A DNA stretch of 64,000 nucleotides from Tubulanus polymorphus. Taxonomy: Eukaryota > Animalia > Nemertea. Shown in pieces: positions 11,633-26,232 of this stretch. A model generated the notes under the pieces. That model was not told where the DNA came from and made no database searches. It saw nothing but the letters and a program-made list of their open reading frames with translations. Within the stretch, counting starts at the first letter, position 1, and the number at the start of each line of letters is the position of its first letter. The DNA lies in contig NC_134032.1 of assembly GCF_964204645.1 (NCBI RefSeq), forward strand, positions 9,660,275 to 9,724,274, read 5' to 3'. The position numbers and the translations under genes are program-made.

Positions 11633-13880
11633 TAGTGATAGCGATTCATAAGTATTCCTTTAAAAGCGTCATTGTATCATATCTATATCAATCTCTGCTC
11701 TTACAAAAACCCCTTCGAAATTATGTTTGTGTTTCGTCCATCGTCTGGCCACCTTGTAATACATAATGTCAAAAATACATAAAGCGGACTCTTTATGTTT
11801 TTTTAGTCTTGTGAATATTATCCCTGCTCGAATTTTTTTGTAAAATATGGATCAAATAAACCTTGAAACTTTGAACTAGCTGTCGAAGCTTCTTAAAATC
11901 AAGTTTCTCGTTTTAGTTCTTTTTGTTACCTTTGCAAATGTTCTTTATAAGCCCTGTACATCTGGAGCCGCTATGAGTTTCCACGCAGTCTGGACCTAAA
12001 TCTGAAATTGAAAAGGAATTGATAGGTAGATAGGTTTTTTGCACATTTTGAGTTATACATATGCGTTACACCATTCTCATATATGCGGTCTTACTTCTAC
12101 GGCTTTATTCCGAATCGATGTTCACGAGTAGACAACGTCGAGTCCACGCTCATGTAAGAAGAGTGGCAATTAGTCTTTGGTCAGTGCGCGTACACACCGA
12201 GGAAAGTATAAAATACTATGAAGTGAATAACTAAATATTTGGCGGTCATAAAATTCGTTAAATACTGGCCACTGTTCCGTGTCTCTGATCTCTTAAGTAA
12301 TTTTAAGCGCCTCCTTATGTCTATTGATTAATTGACCTGCATACCAGAATGGTGTAGTTATGTAGTATTTCATCGAGTAAGATTTACAGCTAAACGGATT
12401 TCGAAGCCAAATCACTAAAATTGCGAATATCAAAGTGTTTATCACCGAAAAAATGGCAGGCCCGAACAAGTTATTTTTTCAGAATTTCTTCAAACCGATT
12501 TTTCAATTCCAACGTAGTTTTGGTCAATTTTATAGGATATATAATCGAGGTTACGATCGATCGAGTAGGCTAAACGTAAGATAAACTGGGGCGCGATAAT
12601 CGTTTTGGATAGCCGGGTAAACGCGATTCTTTTTTTTCTCGTTAACACGTCGTCCTGGTAAAACCGGGTAAAATTAACGAGAAATGCACGCGCGGCGGAG
12701 AGCCCGCCCGACCTATTCGCGATTTATTCCAGACGGGTGTTTTTCTCGGTAACACTGATCGCGCGGAGTCTGTGATTCAGCGATACGACGCTGCAGGCGC
12801 TGACACAGAACGTAAATTTTCGATGAGAAAAAAACGTAAACGGCATTGGTAAATAACTCTATTGAATGTCTGTGAAGTCATTCATAAGAATGAAAAGTTC
12901 GTCGTTAGCAACGTAACATAATTTTACTGAATTTGTGAAGTCGTCGGAAATGGAAAGAAGTTTGACTCTATTTCAAAAATCTTGTATATCCTATAGTGGG
13001 AATAAGAAATTCGAGCGTCTAGTTCTTAATGAGCGTGTTAACCCAGGGGAAATCCAGCTTATGGCTGCTAGGCCAGCATCTTAGCTACGCGTTGAAGTGG
13101 TTTTCGCCCCACATACCCGACCTAACTTTTGAAATAATAAACCCTTAAAAAGGAGGGGTATACCAATACAGATATACCAGTACATCCACGCCGAATATAG
13201 GGAATCCCCGACGTGCGCACCCTTAGTCTTACTCAAGGCAAAAATAATCCAGGGAATCCCATTTTTCATCATCTGAATCTGTCTCTCAGGACCCACAGAT
13301 TTTGCATACATATACGCAACCGTAGTTCGTCACCGTCCCTGTTTGTGGAACTACTGTTTTGGGGGTCCTGCCCTACGCATTACGTCGAATTCCATCGACG
13401 ATGAACTAGGTTTTAAGGGCGTCACCAGAGAAATCGGGGGTTGCGGATGACCCCATTTTTAAATCCAAGTTCCACTTTTTATTAACAATTCCGAATTTTT
13501 CATATTTCGGAAATTTCATAAACATTTTGTCCTATAAGGTCCAGAAAACGGCCCTCACCAAACTTCGAATTTCAATGATTAAGACTATGAGAACATTCAG
13601 GCAATGTGAAGGATTCGCAATTCCTCGTTTACCGTCGGTGCTCAGCGAATACGGCGCAAAGTATACGAGGTATAGTTCCGCTACCGCCCCCTCCCTCCCA
13701 TCAATTCCTCTGAAAAAAAATCATGGCGACGCCCCTGACTTTCAGCACGAAGATAGAAAATATCATCTTGACGATTCCGAATTTTTCCCACAACAGCTTC
13801 GTCCGACGCCGCATTGTCGAATCAGACTTGTACTGAAGCAATTCTCTAAATTCTCTAAATCGAGTGTCTGCGGTAAAGAT

Positions 13881-14229
<349 letters not shown>

Positions 14230-14776
14230 TTGTAAGATATGAAATAGATAGCAGAAGTGTTGCATGAATTTGTCAGACGTGCACGTGCACGGCTTTTCAC
14301 GTCGAGTACACTCGTGACATTATTCTCAATGAAGAATAACTTAAGAGATTAAAAAGAAACGATTTAGCAGATCTAAAAGTTAGGTCATGTGTACAGATTA
14401 CATCTGGCGCCGATCCCTTGTCGTCATCTTCGCAGTTAAAATATCATTCAAATCTCGTGAGAGTGAAAAATCCGAAATTTATGATTTATTTGTGACGGCT
14501 TTTTCACAAGTCGGACTTGCGCACGTGTTGCCCATTTTAAAAAACAAACCAACACGACCGGGTTTGATACGCAGACGCAACCTGTTGCGTCGTTAGCGAA
14601 TGTAATTAAGGCCCCGGTTTCAACTAATTCCAATTTGGTGACAAGCGCGCCGAATTGAATTGACGTCTGGCAAAATGTAATAATGCCCGCTTAACATGTT
14701 TACCAGACAAAACAGTTCCTAGTAAATGTTATTTAGCAGATGAAAATACCTGTATCCAGGGCGTAGTCTGCCTGTA

Positions 14777-15040
14777 TGACATTGAGAGAGGCAAGCTTTG
14801 ACATTGAGAGAAGGTATCCCTGACATTGAGAGAGGGTATAGCTGTGACATTGAAAGAGGGTAACTCTGACATTGAGAGAGGGTAACTCTGACATTGAAAG
14901 AGGGTAACTCTGACATTGAGAGAGGGTATAGCTCTGACATTGAAAGAGGGTAACTCTGACATTGAGAGAGGGTAGCTCTGACGTTGAAAGAGGGTAACTC
15001 TGACATTGAGAGAGGGAGCTCTGATATCGAGAGAAGGTAA
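14777..15040. repeat. Minisatellite, 22/24-bp unit tgacattgagagagggtaactc
   Basis: About 12 tandem units; gives the repetitive MSELPSFNVR ORFs. Confidence 0.95.
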
Positions 15041-17283
15041 CAGAATTCGACCCCAAATAATCAAACCACCGAGGCGTTACGAGGCTCTTAGCTATTTTCA
15101 AAAGGTCCCAGACACCGAAACGCTTTTGAGATTTTTGCAAATCAAATAATGTCTTATGTAGGATAGACGACTTCTTAGCTAGATATCTGTCAGATATTTT
15201 GATTCTAATTAGTATTAATCAAATTCCGTGTCGTTAATTCTCTTTTTAAACGATACAATGTCTACTCATCGAAAAATCATATCTCACCTGTTTTTTGGGG
15301 GGTATAATCGCTGTAAGTTGAGTTCGTTCCTAGTACTTAGTCTTTTACAGGTACATATTTTTGCAGCGAGAACAAGTTTAAGTGTATGCGTGTGTTTTGT
15401 TTCTTTATTTTCGTCGTTACCCAGTCAGTAGATCTCCTGCTTATAGTAACCGTGCTGTGAGGACTTCATTGTTTGCGAAAAAACTGGTTAACTGCCTAAA
15501 TACATTAACGTTATTGTGTGGACCTCCAAATGCACCTACAAACACAAAATACACGCAGACTGAGTTTGATATTAAATAATTTTCTGACGTTGCGTAAGTG
15601 TGTCTCAATGACGTGGCGAGGACTGTCGAGTTTAGTACGTTATTCATCATTCTCTTTCTCATTCAAGGGGAAGCTAAAATTGAAGATTGAAAGTCTCGTC
15701 GTGAATCTCGTCATAATTTCACGTGATCGTTTGAAGGACATTACTATGGGGCCTACCAATAGGAAAAATCTTGAATGGGTCTTTAAAAAACATCGATATC
15801 AGCGCATAGAACCAAGGATAACAACAAACCTTTAGATACGGGGGCCTACGTGGAAGGTAGAGCTTATACGTACCTAATTCATAGGGGCCTCGCGCCTTCA
15901 GAAAATGGGCTTCCGTCTATCTGCCATGCTCCCCCCCCCCTTGAAAAAATAAATCGGCAACACGTTCCTACGACCTTGCTTTTGCCCTGGGAAGGTCATA
16001 GGCAGATAATCATAATTCTACTGAATCGTTTAAGTCATTGACAATGTGGATATCGTTAATCGAAACTTCAATCGTAACGTAACTGATTCGTTGAAGTCAT
16101 TCGGGATGATCAGGTCGTCATACTGGCAATGCTACTGCGGCAAGCGGATTCTGCCACTTTTGCTAGTGGTAACTGGGTCATCACGCTTCACTTTTTTTCT
16201 GCATTTCAACTAAATTCACGTCAACTTTTCTAACAAGTAAGTCGATTTCCAGTGAAAAATATTCCATACACTGAGTGAGAATGCAGATCTTGTATCGACT
16301 CGATGGCTAGTTTGTTAATTTTCGAATTTGGAAGCCTAAAAATCCAGTTCAAATTTCGTTGAAAATGAACTGATTTTCACGAGGAATAATAACCCACTGT
16401 TTCGTGGCGCCATCTGGTGAGCGCCGGTATCCCATTGCGACGTAAATATACATGAATCCCATCGATAAGAGTAAATCACAAGGCTTCAACATGAACTTTT
16501 CATCGTCAATTTATTTCCTAGAACAAGATTATCATCGTCATTATCATCCACGGTACCATTATTATTACTATCATTATTATCATAACTATTATCCTCAAAA
16601 TATTTTTCCCGTAAGAAATTAAAAAATAGAACAATGGTTTACGGGTACGAGAGATTTTGTGCAATTCTCGCGAGGATTGGCGATATTCGCGTGGTGATCG
16701 GAAACGATAAATCGATAACATAGCAAAATGAACGACCATTCTAGTAACAATTTTGCAAACAGTGCTGATTATGTAGAATTAAATATGATAAGAGACATAA
16801 TAATGCGTTGTTTAGATTTAATCAATAACCAAGATGATAATAATCATAACAATAAAAATGTAATGATAAACACAATAGTATTAATAGTAATAATCTAAAT
16901 GATTGATAATCGAATTTTCTGATCGTTTGCAATTCGTTTCACATCCTCGATCGACGGTTGTGGGTAGGCATCTTGCATTCGTAACGATTCAAGGAAGAAT
17001 TTAAATTCGAAGAAAATATCACGTCGAATTTTCGGACTCGAACCCGTTTCGTTTTCCGTATGCAAATATGATGACGTCATTTTGATTACATTACTAGCGC
17101 ATCACAGTGTGCGATTAGGTCCGAACCCTTGGAAAATAAATAATGCAGATTTTTTTCTTAAAAAAGGACGATTTTAAAACTATTTACATCAAGACTGTGG
17201 TTCGTTTGTGTAGATGCGGCCTTGAGGTTATTAAGAAAAAGAATGGTCTTCCCAGAAAAGTCTGCGATTAATATATTCGTATT

Positions 17284-17623
<340 letters not shown>

Positions 17624-17814
17624 ATTTATAATATTAATATGTACATATATATCTATGATATCCTTTTTCACGCATACGATCCATCATTTACACGTCACTA
17701 TCACGCGCACCCCATCAGACACACCGCACCCAGCGCATCCTGATCAGGAAGAGATGCAAAAAATGGAAATAATAATTTAGATTTTTCGTATTATTATTTA
17801 TATAATCAATTGCA

Positions 17815-17858
<44 letters not shown>

Positions 17859-17895
17859 CATAATAATAATAATGATAATAATAATCGTAATAATT
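17815..17895. repeat. (ATA)n degenerate microsatellite
   Basis: Seen directly. Confidence 0.9.
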
Positions 17896-20427
17896 TCAAT
17901 TAATCATAATATTTTTTAACATTGCATCAGAGCGCAAGAAAAACACTAAGATTGTTTTAAAAGTTGATATAACATAGATGATTTTAACCCGCGACGCTAG
18001 ATGGCGCCTTGTGTGTGAAATAGGTTCGTGGCTCCATGGACAGGGGCGGATCCAGCAAATCATTTACACCCGAAACTACCGCCGTCTAGCGGTAACAACC
18101 ATGTGCATTAGATAATTGTGTATATTGGGGTTTGGTTTTTGCGGTAACTCGGATGTACAAACGCCAAAAGAATCTTCCCTGCGATGTTTTCAGAATATTT
18201 CAAAATATTTATCAATATTTCTCTAAGAAGCGCACCGCAAACGTAAATATAATTCGTCTAGTGGCCACCAGAGGGTGTTACTGCCAAAGTGAATAAAGCT
18301 ACGTTCAAAGCCAAGTTATTTGATTTGTTTGCGGTTGTACTTTCTTTTTAATTTGATTTATCAGCTGCTATAGAATGTAAATATATAAATACAACTTTTA
18401 CAAAAATGATGTGCAATACGTTATAATAATTACATTCTATGCGAAAATTTCAATTTTCTTTTCTCAGTAATTTTATTGTAAATAGTGTAATCATCTACGT
18501 AAGCGTGTTTAGAGTGTAATGAATCTTATCTTTTCTTGTCTTATCTTTAAAGTGGGCACGTATGATGTACTTTATTACAATATAGCACGGTTAATCGCTC
18601 AACGCAAAAGATTCTGGCAACTTTGTCAGTAATTCACGCCAAACATGTCGCAAAACTAAATTTCATCTTTTTCGGAGAAAGCTTGCAGAAATGTTTGCGC
18701 CGAGCCATCGTGTAAAATAAATCCAACGCGAGCCTTTTGGATCCGACCCCCGCTTCAAGAATGCGATTATCATGCGATAATAATGATATAGCAATTAATA
18801 TCATTTAGTAAAAAAAAAGTCGCCACTGACGACGACGCCATAGAAATCGATTTTAAGAAAAAAGTATCAACGTCCAAACCACGCAGAAACACTAGAGTTC
18901 GCCGAGGTGTAAAAAAACATCAGATATGTCGATCCTCTAATCGGCCATTTTTGTTTGCATGTCTCTTCCGGTTCACACGTAACTGACTTCCGGTTTCCAA
19001 GGCCTTTTGGCGTTTTCAAGTCTATTTCTGTAAGGCCACGTGGTTTTAAAACTAATCGACGTCATCTTTAAAGCAGCGTATTTTAAACACGAAAACCGGA
19101 ACCACGTAGGACATCATAATACGCGCCATTTTGTTGACGTCTTTTTTTTTTTGTTCAACGGATATGCATCGGATATGATATCTAGTAATATCTGAGCGCC
19201 ACGCCACGTTACTTACTGAAATGCCTGAGCCCCTTCCCATCGAGATGGTTAACCCCTTCATAGCTGTACCCGAGATGGTGCCGAGTCACGCGCTTTAATG
19301 TTACCAGTAGAGCATGCGCGCGGCTCTTTAGTAACATCCGTTCGATATGTTCGTACGTATTGATATATGAATGGTTTTGATTGACAAATCGCGACATCCG
19401 CTCGACCGCTTTTAAGACGGCGCGATTTCGGTTGAAAAATAGCTCCGTCGTGTTAATGGTGTCGAGTTTGTTCGTTGAGTTTTGATTGAGCACGTGAGCT
19501 TAAAATCGGAGAAAAATATCGAATAAAAAGGAATCGATCTCAGACATATCGGATACGTCTCGATAAACTTCGGCAGATTGTAAAATGCGCTTATTTACTT
19601 AGTGCCACACCGAACCAGTAAGAAAAATATCTTCAACATCCTTCCAACATCGAGTGCGTCGACCTGCTGAGTTTGTATTTGAAACGCGTCAGCCATTTTA
19701 TTCGCAATGCTAATTCCGTATCTCACCACCAGGGTTCGCCGCTAGCTAACCACGTGGTTCTTCGCCTACATCGCCGACATTTTTAAATTAATTTTGCTAA
19801 GGCCCCATTCGTAATTGCACAGTGTGCGATTGCTTCACGACCGTTGACTGGCCAGTCAACCAGTTCCGTTTGAACCAGGACATTACAAGCATTTTGTTTG
19901 GATTCATGATACATAACAAAGATACCATTTTACTTTCTTCTTTAAGTCTTTTTTCTTTCTAAACAGCTCATCGATAAGCTCGCCGCTCGTTCGCGATCAG
20001 CAGAACCATGAAAAAAATGACGTCGTCGTCGACGCGCTCAACGACACGTCCGGTCGCTCGTTCGCACCCAGCAGAACCATGAAAACAACGACGCAACGTC
20101 CGAAATGACGGATTCATCCGCACGCGTCATATTTTCCACCACCAGCAATTTTTATCACAGCTTTTGTCAACAGGAAAAACACAGAGAATCACCCAGAAAA
20201 ACAATCAAAACAAACAAAACCAGAACAATCGTAGTTTGTATCTTGGTTGTGTTTGCGTCGTTGGCGACCACATGGTGGCGCTTGCATCTGCGCGAGGTCG
20301 ATTCGATTGTTTACTGTTAGATGGCGCCACCATGGCGGCGGCTGATCACATTAGTATATAGCATCGGCTCAACTCGATGATATAAATGTTCATAACTTTT
20401 TATTCCATACTACACGCGGTCGGTGTG

Positions 20428-20594
20428 TTATGTGTTCACGGCGACTAATGCGTTTTGCGGTCTACTGCCGGTAGGTGACGCTCGTTGATTGCTGATCGAT
20501 CGTCGACCGGAAGTGGGAGTGTTCGGTTTAGTGCCGCCATCTGTCGACGATTCGTTGACCCCGTTGACACCTGGCGTTATCGAAGTTGGGGACG
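20428..20594 (-). CDS. Shaw: Shaw/Kv3 terminal coding exon (inferred)
   Basis: Strong acceptor ctctgtcttttcgtttCAG, phase 1: (A)SPTSITPGVNGVNESSTDGGTKPNTPTSGRRSISNQRASPTGSRPQNALVAVNT*. UTR-like sequence follows, with a - strand AATAAA near 18572. Confidence 0.65.
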
Positions 20595-21400
20595 CTGAAA
20601 CGAAAAGACAGAGACATCGAATTAATCGAAGAGACAAAGGAAAATTAAGCGGCCATTTGAAAAGGTTTTTTCTTGAAATCTTCTAGATTACGAAGCGACA
20701 TGGTTTCCGAACCAATGGCATTTTAACTCCTGTCAAAGAATGGACGAACTCTTGACTCCATGCCACACTTATAAACTTTTACCCTTAGTACTTTTACACA
20801 ATTGACCCTTCAGTAGCTATAAAGACACGACGGATCAATCGAACCCCTAAACCCACGCCTATTACGCATACATACCGCAAGCTACGCCACCTATATTTCT
20901 AAACCTAGATTTTATATTGATCTACTATGCGTTATCTAAGGTGTGCTGCGTGAGTCGATGTGCATTGCGTGATCGATATTCTGGCGTTTCAAAATAACGA
21001 TATTTGTGTATACTGGCATTTTATTTCGTAATCTAATAAATTCCATAGCTCCTATTTTCTGTCTAATGAATTCAGATGTCTTTTGAAAAATAGATTTTAA
21101 TGGCAATTCAGAGGTTGTTGTATAGCACAATAAGTGAATATCTCTGCGTTCGATTCAATTCGACATAATGAAGTTCAATTTGAAACTTTTATTGAAACTA
21201 TTTTTACTCAATATTCGAACGTTATTTCTGACGCTTTGAAAAAGTCTTGATATTGCATTTGCCGATGATGAATAGTATATAATAAAATAGTATAGTAAAA
21301 TAATATCAAGGATAAAAAAAAATCGTTTTTTAATGTGACTAAGTTCGGCTTTCCGATTATCGGTCTCGATTAGTTCGCAAATAGTCCCCAATAGACAACC

Positions 21401-21470
21401 CATCCCCCGTCGGAAGGGATTCGAACCTGATGGCATCGCGTTAGACTCTGCCACGGCACATACCCTGCAG
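21401..21470. mobile_element. Truncated family A end
   Basis: catcccccgtcggaagggattcgaacctgatggcatcgc...gccacggcac, directly followed by a family B element. Confidence 0.7.
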
Positions 21471-21474
21471 ATGC

Positions 21475-21806
21475 CATCCTCGCTAGCCAGGGCTTGATAA
21501 CCGCCAGCTGAAGCTCACGCCGACACAAACCCTGGCCGCAGACCCTTCATCGATCTTTTACACCGCCCACGATTTCTTTGGCGGACAAGTTGCCGCTCGG
21601 CGGCCACTAGTCTTTATATCTAGCCAATCAGATGCCGGTGCGTGGTATTTATAAAAAAACAACGCCGCTGATTGGCTTTATATGTAAACTAGTGGCCGCT
21701 TACATGAATATTTGACAGTGTAAATAGATTAACAGGGTTTGCGGCCAGGGTTTTGTGTTGGCGTGAGCTTCGGCGGGAGGCAAACAAACCCTGGCAAGTG
21801 AGGATC
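21475..21806. mobile_element. Foldback MITE family B (CATCC ends), copy 1
   Basis: Long imperfect palindrome catcctcgctagccaggg...gaagctcacgccgacacaaaccctggccgcag ... tgcggccagggttttgtgttggcgtgagcttc...ccctggcaagtgaggat; central ccaatcag/ctgattgg. Confidence 0.8.
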
Positions 21807-22934
21807 GGGAGGACGGGTAACTCCGATATAAAACCGTATGTCAATCTCCGTGCGTGTATATGTAAATCGGGTTTCTAGGCAACGCGTTAAACTCAGGTCC
21901 TCTGTCGGCGAGATAGAGAGCTCTAGCTACTACTACTAATATGCTATAATAAACAGCGGATCGTTATAATTGATATAGATCGCCGCGTGCGCGCAAGTGA
22001 CCTTTAAAATACCAGGTTTTATCGCATGTTAATAATAAACGCTATCTATGCGTGGTAGTTTTCTCTCTGTGAAGCGACGAGTGTCGATTTCTATAATGTC
22101 GCGATGTGTTCATCGAATCGAGAATAATTCATATATATGCCGTTCTATTTCAAGAGAAAGGTCACATTTTCACCGTGAAAAATGGGCGCTTTCTTATTGA
22201 TAAAGGACATGAAAAAAACATGAAAGTTGTATCGAAATTTTAAGAAATATCGACCTGAATTTTCTTACGCTGACTTTTTGAAAAGCACTTAGAAGATTTT
22301 AGGGGGTTCGGGGGATAACCCCCGACCCTCGGCACGGGCCTGCTATGCACGAATGTGTTTAAGACCCCCGCCCCCGTTAATCTCCCTACGACATCTTCAA
22401 TTTACTCCCCTACTGATCCATTCTAGTCCGACGCACACGCAGGGAAACAAGAACACACGAGAGTAAACGCTTGGAAACATGTTTCTGTCGCTTTATTTCG
22501 ACGAAGATGGCTGTACCCTGCACGTATCAATACCTCGTCATGAAATCGCTCGCTTTCAGTCTCTTCAAGAAATGGCTGTCTGCGACGTCGCTTAACTATC
22601 TCTATTGCCCGAATTTCCCCTTACATGCCCCTACTAGACATTTTCAGTAGGTGCCTCGATAGATGCTCCTAAGATATCATCAAATGTATTCTACAGAGCC
22701 TTCTAAAATACTGACAACACGTTCATCGTGGAAGGCGGCCTTTTAGAGTGACTACTTTTTGTGGATCTACGGTTCTGTTGTTTTTTTTCTTTTTATTCTG
22801 TTTTTACAAGTGAGTTCATCTTTACCGGATTTTACACGTCATTTATTTCCGTTCATCCAAGCGACCTTTTTACTATTGGAACCTACAGTCGAGAATCAAA
22901 ATAGAATTACAGTTCAAGTAATATTCATCATTAT

Positions 22935-23253
22935 CATCCACCAATCGGGGATTCGAACCTGATGGCATCGAGACTCGTTACGGTACAAAACCCCGCCACA
23001 CTAAACCGAATGCGCAGCTACACGCGCAGCTTAGAGAATATCCTCATTAGCCAATCAGAAATCCTGATCCACGGGTTTTGCCATTTACAGTTCGTCCGTG
23101 GAATTCGCTCAGCGATTACACAACGAGCAATCTGATTGGTGCCGCAGGTTTTCGCGCAGAAAACCTGCGCACCTGGGCTATATAGTGTGGTTGGGGTTCG
23201 TGCCGTGGCTGAAGGTAGCGATGCCATCAGGTTAGAATCACTGACGGGGGATG
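22935..23253. mobile_element. Foldback MITE family A, copy 2 (opposite orientation)
   Basis: catcc...ggggattcgaacctgatggcatcgaga...gcgatgccatcaggttagaatcactgacgggggatg; collinear with the reverse complement of 2137-2476. Confidence 0.8.
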
Positions 23254-23675
23254 CACCCGAGTCTGATCTGATCAACTCAGATAACCATTCGATTCGGATG
23301 TCTTTTAAAATATTGGTTGTGACTCTTCATATGAAATACATAAAATCCAACTCGTACATCACAGAAGTCGGACAGATTTTTACGGTCCCAAAAGATCAGA
23401 CTTTTGCGAAGTCTAACTGTATCTCATATCAAGGCGGGAGCGTTCGATTACGAACGATTCTCATCAAATCACGCGATGTTTTAACAAAATCCTGGAGTTG
23501 TCATACACGTTCCTAGCCCGTTGGTATATTCGAACTCTAAACCTCACGTTTACCAGACTGGAAAATTTAACACTTCGCTTTGGCGAACTTCGGTTTTGGT
23601 TAGTTAACAACCACGCGTACGACCTCCTTTACCATTCGATTCAGAATAAGATGTATGTATACATTTATGAAGTAG

Positions 23676-23710
23676 GCACCGTACGTGGCACCGTACGTGG
23701 CACCGTACGG
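23676..23710. repeat. 12-bp tandem repeat x3
   Basis: gcaccgtacgtg repeated, about 20 nt downstream of the 23730 donor. Confidence 0.85.
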
Positions 23711-23729
23711 TGGAGCCATCTATACTTAC

Positions 23730-23834
23730 CGTCAGTGGTGGCGTTCGCGGCGTTAGTCGTCGGTGTCAAATTGATCGTAGGAGCAGCATTCATGTTTATA
23801 TTGGAAGATAAAGTTGTATTCGTCGTCTGTCCAT
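23730..23834 (-). CDS. Shaw: Shaw/Kv3 C-terminal tail exon (inferred)
   Basis: 105 nt, phase 1-1: (D)GQTTNTTLSSNINMNAAPTINLTPTTNAANATTD. Acceptor ttgtttaCAG, consensus donor G|GTAAGT. Confidence 0.65.
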
Positions 23835-25373
23835 CTGTAAACAACAACGACGGCAAAAGATTTAGATATCGTTTCAGGTTGTTCGATTCTATAATTATCC
23901 CGGATGAGGTCGATAATTTATTACGTATAAACTTGTTGCGCGTTCCCTCATTTTCGTAATGCATATATGCAGGTATCAAGTTGTAGCGCAGGAGCGCGGA
24001 TTTAGAGGGTGGTCTCGGGGGTCGGGACCGCTGCCTTTCCATTGAGGTTGCACTTTTCGTCAGTATAGAGCTACCGGGTACCGTAGGCCTAGTTAAAACA
24101 TGCAAATTCGACACTCACGTATCGGGAATTTGCATCTTTTAGGATTAATGTCTTAAGAAACATCTTAATACCGAGGGCAACTCCCGCTGGTGGCCTTTGT
24201 CATGGCTTCTTAATCTTATTTTCTTCCGGACCCAAGCCTTCAAAATTTTCCTATCCGCCCCTGTACAATCCGTTCGGACAATTCGGCAGCCTAGATACAT
24301 CTTCACAGACAATCGTACCGAACATACAAACAAGAAGTCTGGTCGATGAAAGTTGATGAGCACCGAAATAATGGCGACAAAGTATCGAATGTTTGAGAGG
24401 TGCTGGTCCAGGTTGACTGCAGAACGATACCTACATAACGGAAAACGTTTGAGGATATCGCGAACGTAATAAATTGAACGACGTTCTTTATAAACTAAAA
24501 ACTGAAAAACTAAAATATATAAAACATCCAGAAATGAAAAACATATTACTAACGTACGCATGAACATATTATGCGAAAACACCATTTCGAATCTATATAA
24601 TGGAACACATGATAAAAGCCCAGCTGGAGGCCAGCAACGGAAGAAAAAACATTTGTTTACGATAATGAGGACCAACAAAAAAGTGAACACCTTCCCCTCA
24701 AAGGAAAATTTAACGGCAAAAACCTAGCAAATAGGCGCAGACAGAAAGAATGACTACAACTATAAATCTTCAAATTACCCCTGAAAACACATCTAGTAAC
24801 TATGTCTGCCATCGATCCCCTTACGACATCATCAAATAACACCTAGAATCTTCTAGGAAAAAGATCATTGCATCAATGGATCCCCATTTGACACTATCAA
24901 CAAATCACTGCCTTCGTAAATCCCTCGTTGACACCACCAAACAACCCCTGTCCATAATCATACGGGAAATATGGCTGGCTTCATTTTATTCCGCTAACAA
25001 CTTCACCAAATTACCCCTTTAAACGCTCCTAGACAAGATGGCTGCCTCGGTTTAAATCCCACCATGACACCATTAAATCAGCCACTAATGGCGGCTGTGG
25101 TTTGATTCACTTATGTAAACCGCGTTACCGTAGAACACATTTTCCGCAGCAATTGACACATCTATCTTTGGAAAAAACGAGATATTTTTATATTTTCATC
25201 AGCAAACAAATAACAACTGGGTGGGGTTAAAGACTGCGCGCAGTCGTATCGAGTTTCATTTATCAGATATTGCGTTGTATCTTTTTTTTAATGTCGAATG
25301 CATTTATCAGATTAAACAATCACGGAATATGCTTCATTCGGCTGCGGGTAGCCACCTCGTTCAAATTTATATA

Positions 25374-25541
<168 letters not shown>

Positions 25542-26009
25542 ATTCCGCTAGGACCCGACGGTGTGTCCCCATTCCTTTAAAAGTATTAATGATAATAATA
25601 ATCTTGAAAATAATTATCTTTGAAGAGCGCCTGTTTCGTTTATAAACTGTTCACCGGAGCGCTTTGTGGTTAGTGAAAACTGCATCTATACAGTCCATAC
25701 GCTTTACAGGAAAGCAGAAGTTTCAGAAGTTTTTAATGTGTTCAGATCAGCAGTTTTCCAAATCTATGAATCGAAAGTAGGTCACTAATTTCAATTTCGA
25801 CGACGAGTCTACTATGGCAGTCTTGATAAATGATTTTGAATCCCTGCGACGAAGGATTGTTGCATGGCGCCACCAGGTTTAAATGCTTGCAAAGGGACGA
25901 TGGACTACTGGGGCAGAGGCTTGTGACGTCACTGTCTTGTAATGCCATCATTTTCTGGGGAAGAATGGGTCTACAAGGCCTGTTGTGAGGGGAGGGACGC
26001 GTTAAATGC

Positions 26010-26232
26010 GGCAAAGCCATCAGATTCGAATCCCTGCGAGGCAGGAATGTTGCAGAGCCTCACGACGATGCTATCGGTTCGAACCCCTTCGAAGGATGAA
26101 CGTGGCTGCGTCCCCGATGTCGTCGGGTTCGAATCCCTGCGATGGAAATACGCGGCAGAGCCTCGCGATGCCATCAGGTTCGAATCCCTGCGGCGGAAGA
26201 ACGCGACAGTGTCTCACGATGCCGCCAGGTAA
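26010..26232 (+). repeat. About 51-bp tandem array of B-box-containing units
   Basis: Repeating cgatgccatcaggttcgaatccctgcg-like units near 26016, 26070, 26119, 26170 and (partial) 26221; degenerate units at about 25835-25890. Confidence 0.8.

Noticed and set aside
14719-15140. Repetitive ORFs and CRISPR-like appearance
   Set aside because: Contiguous 22/24-bp minisatellite with no unique spacers and no cas genes, in a eukaryotic context.
17678-17739. Cys-rich frame [20 protein letters not shown] as a selenoprotein exon
   Set aside because: No known selenoprotein motif, no SECIS recognised and no coherent gene model.
19209-19498. 94-codon - strand ORF with possible splice sites
   Set aside because: No recognisable domain, weak AAG acceptor, and it lies in the probable Shaw 3' UTR.
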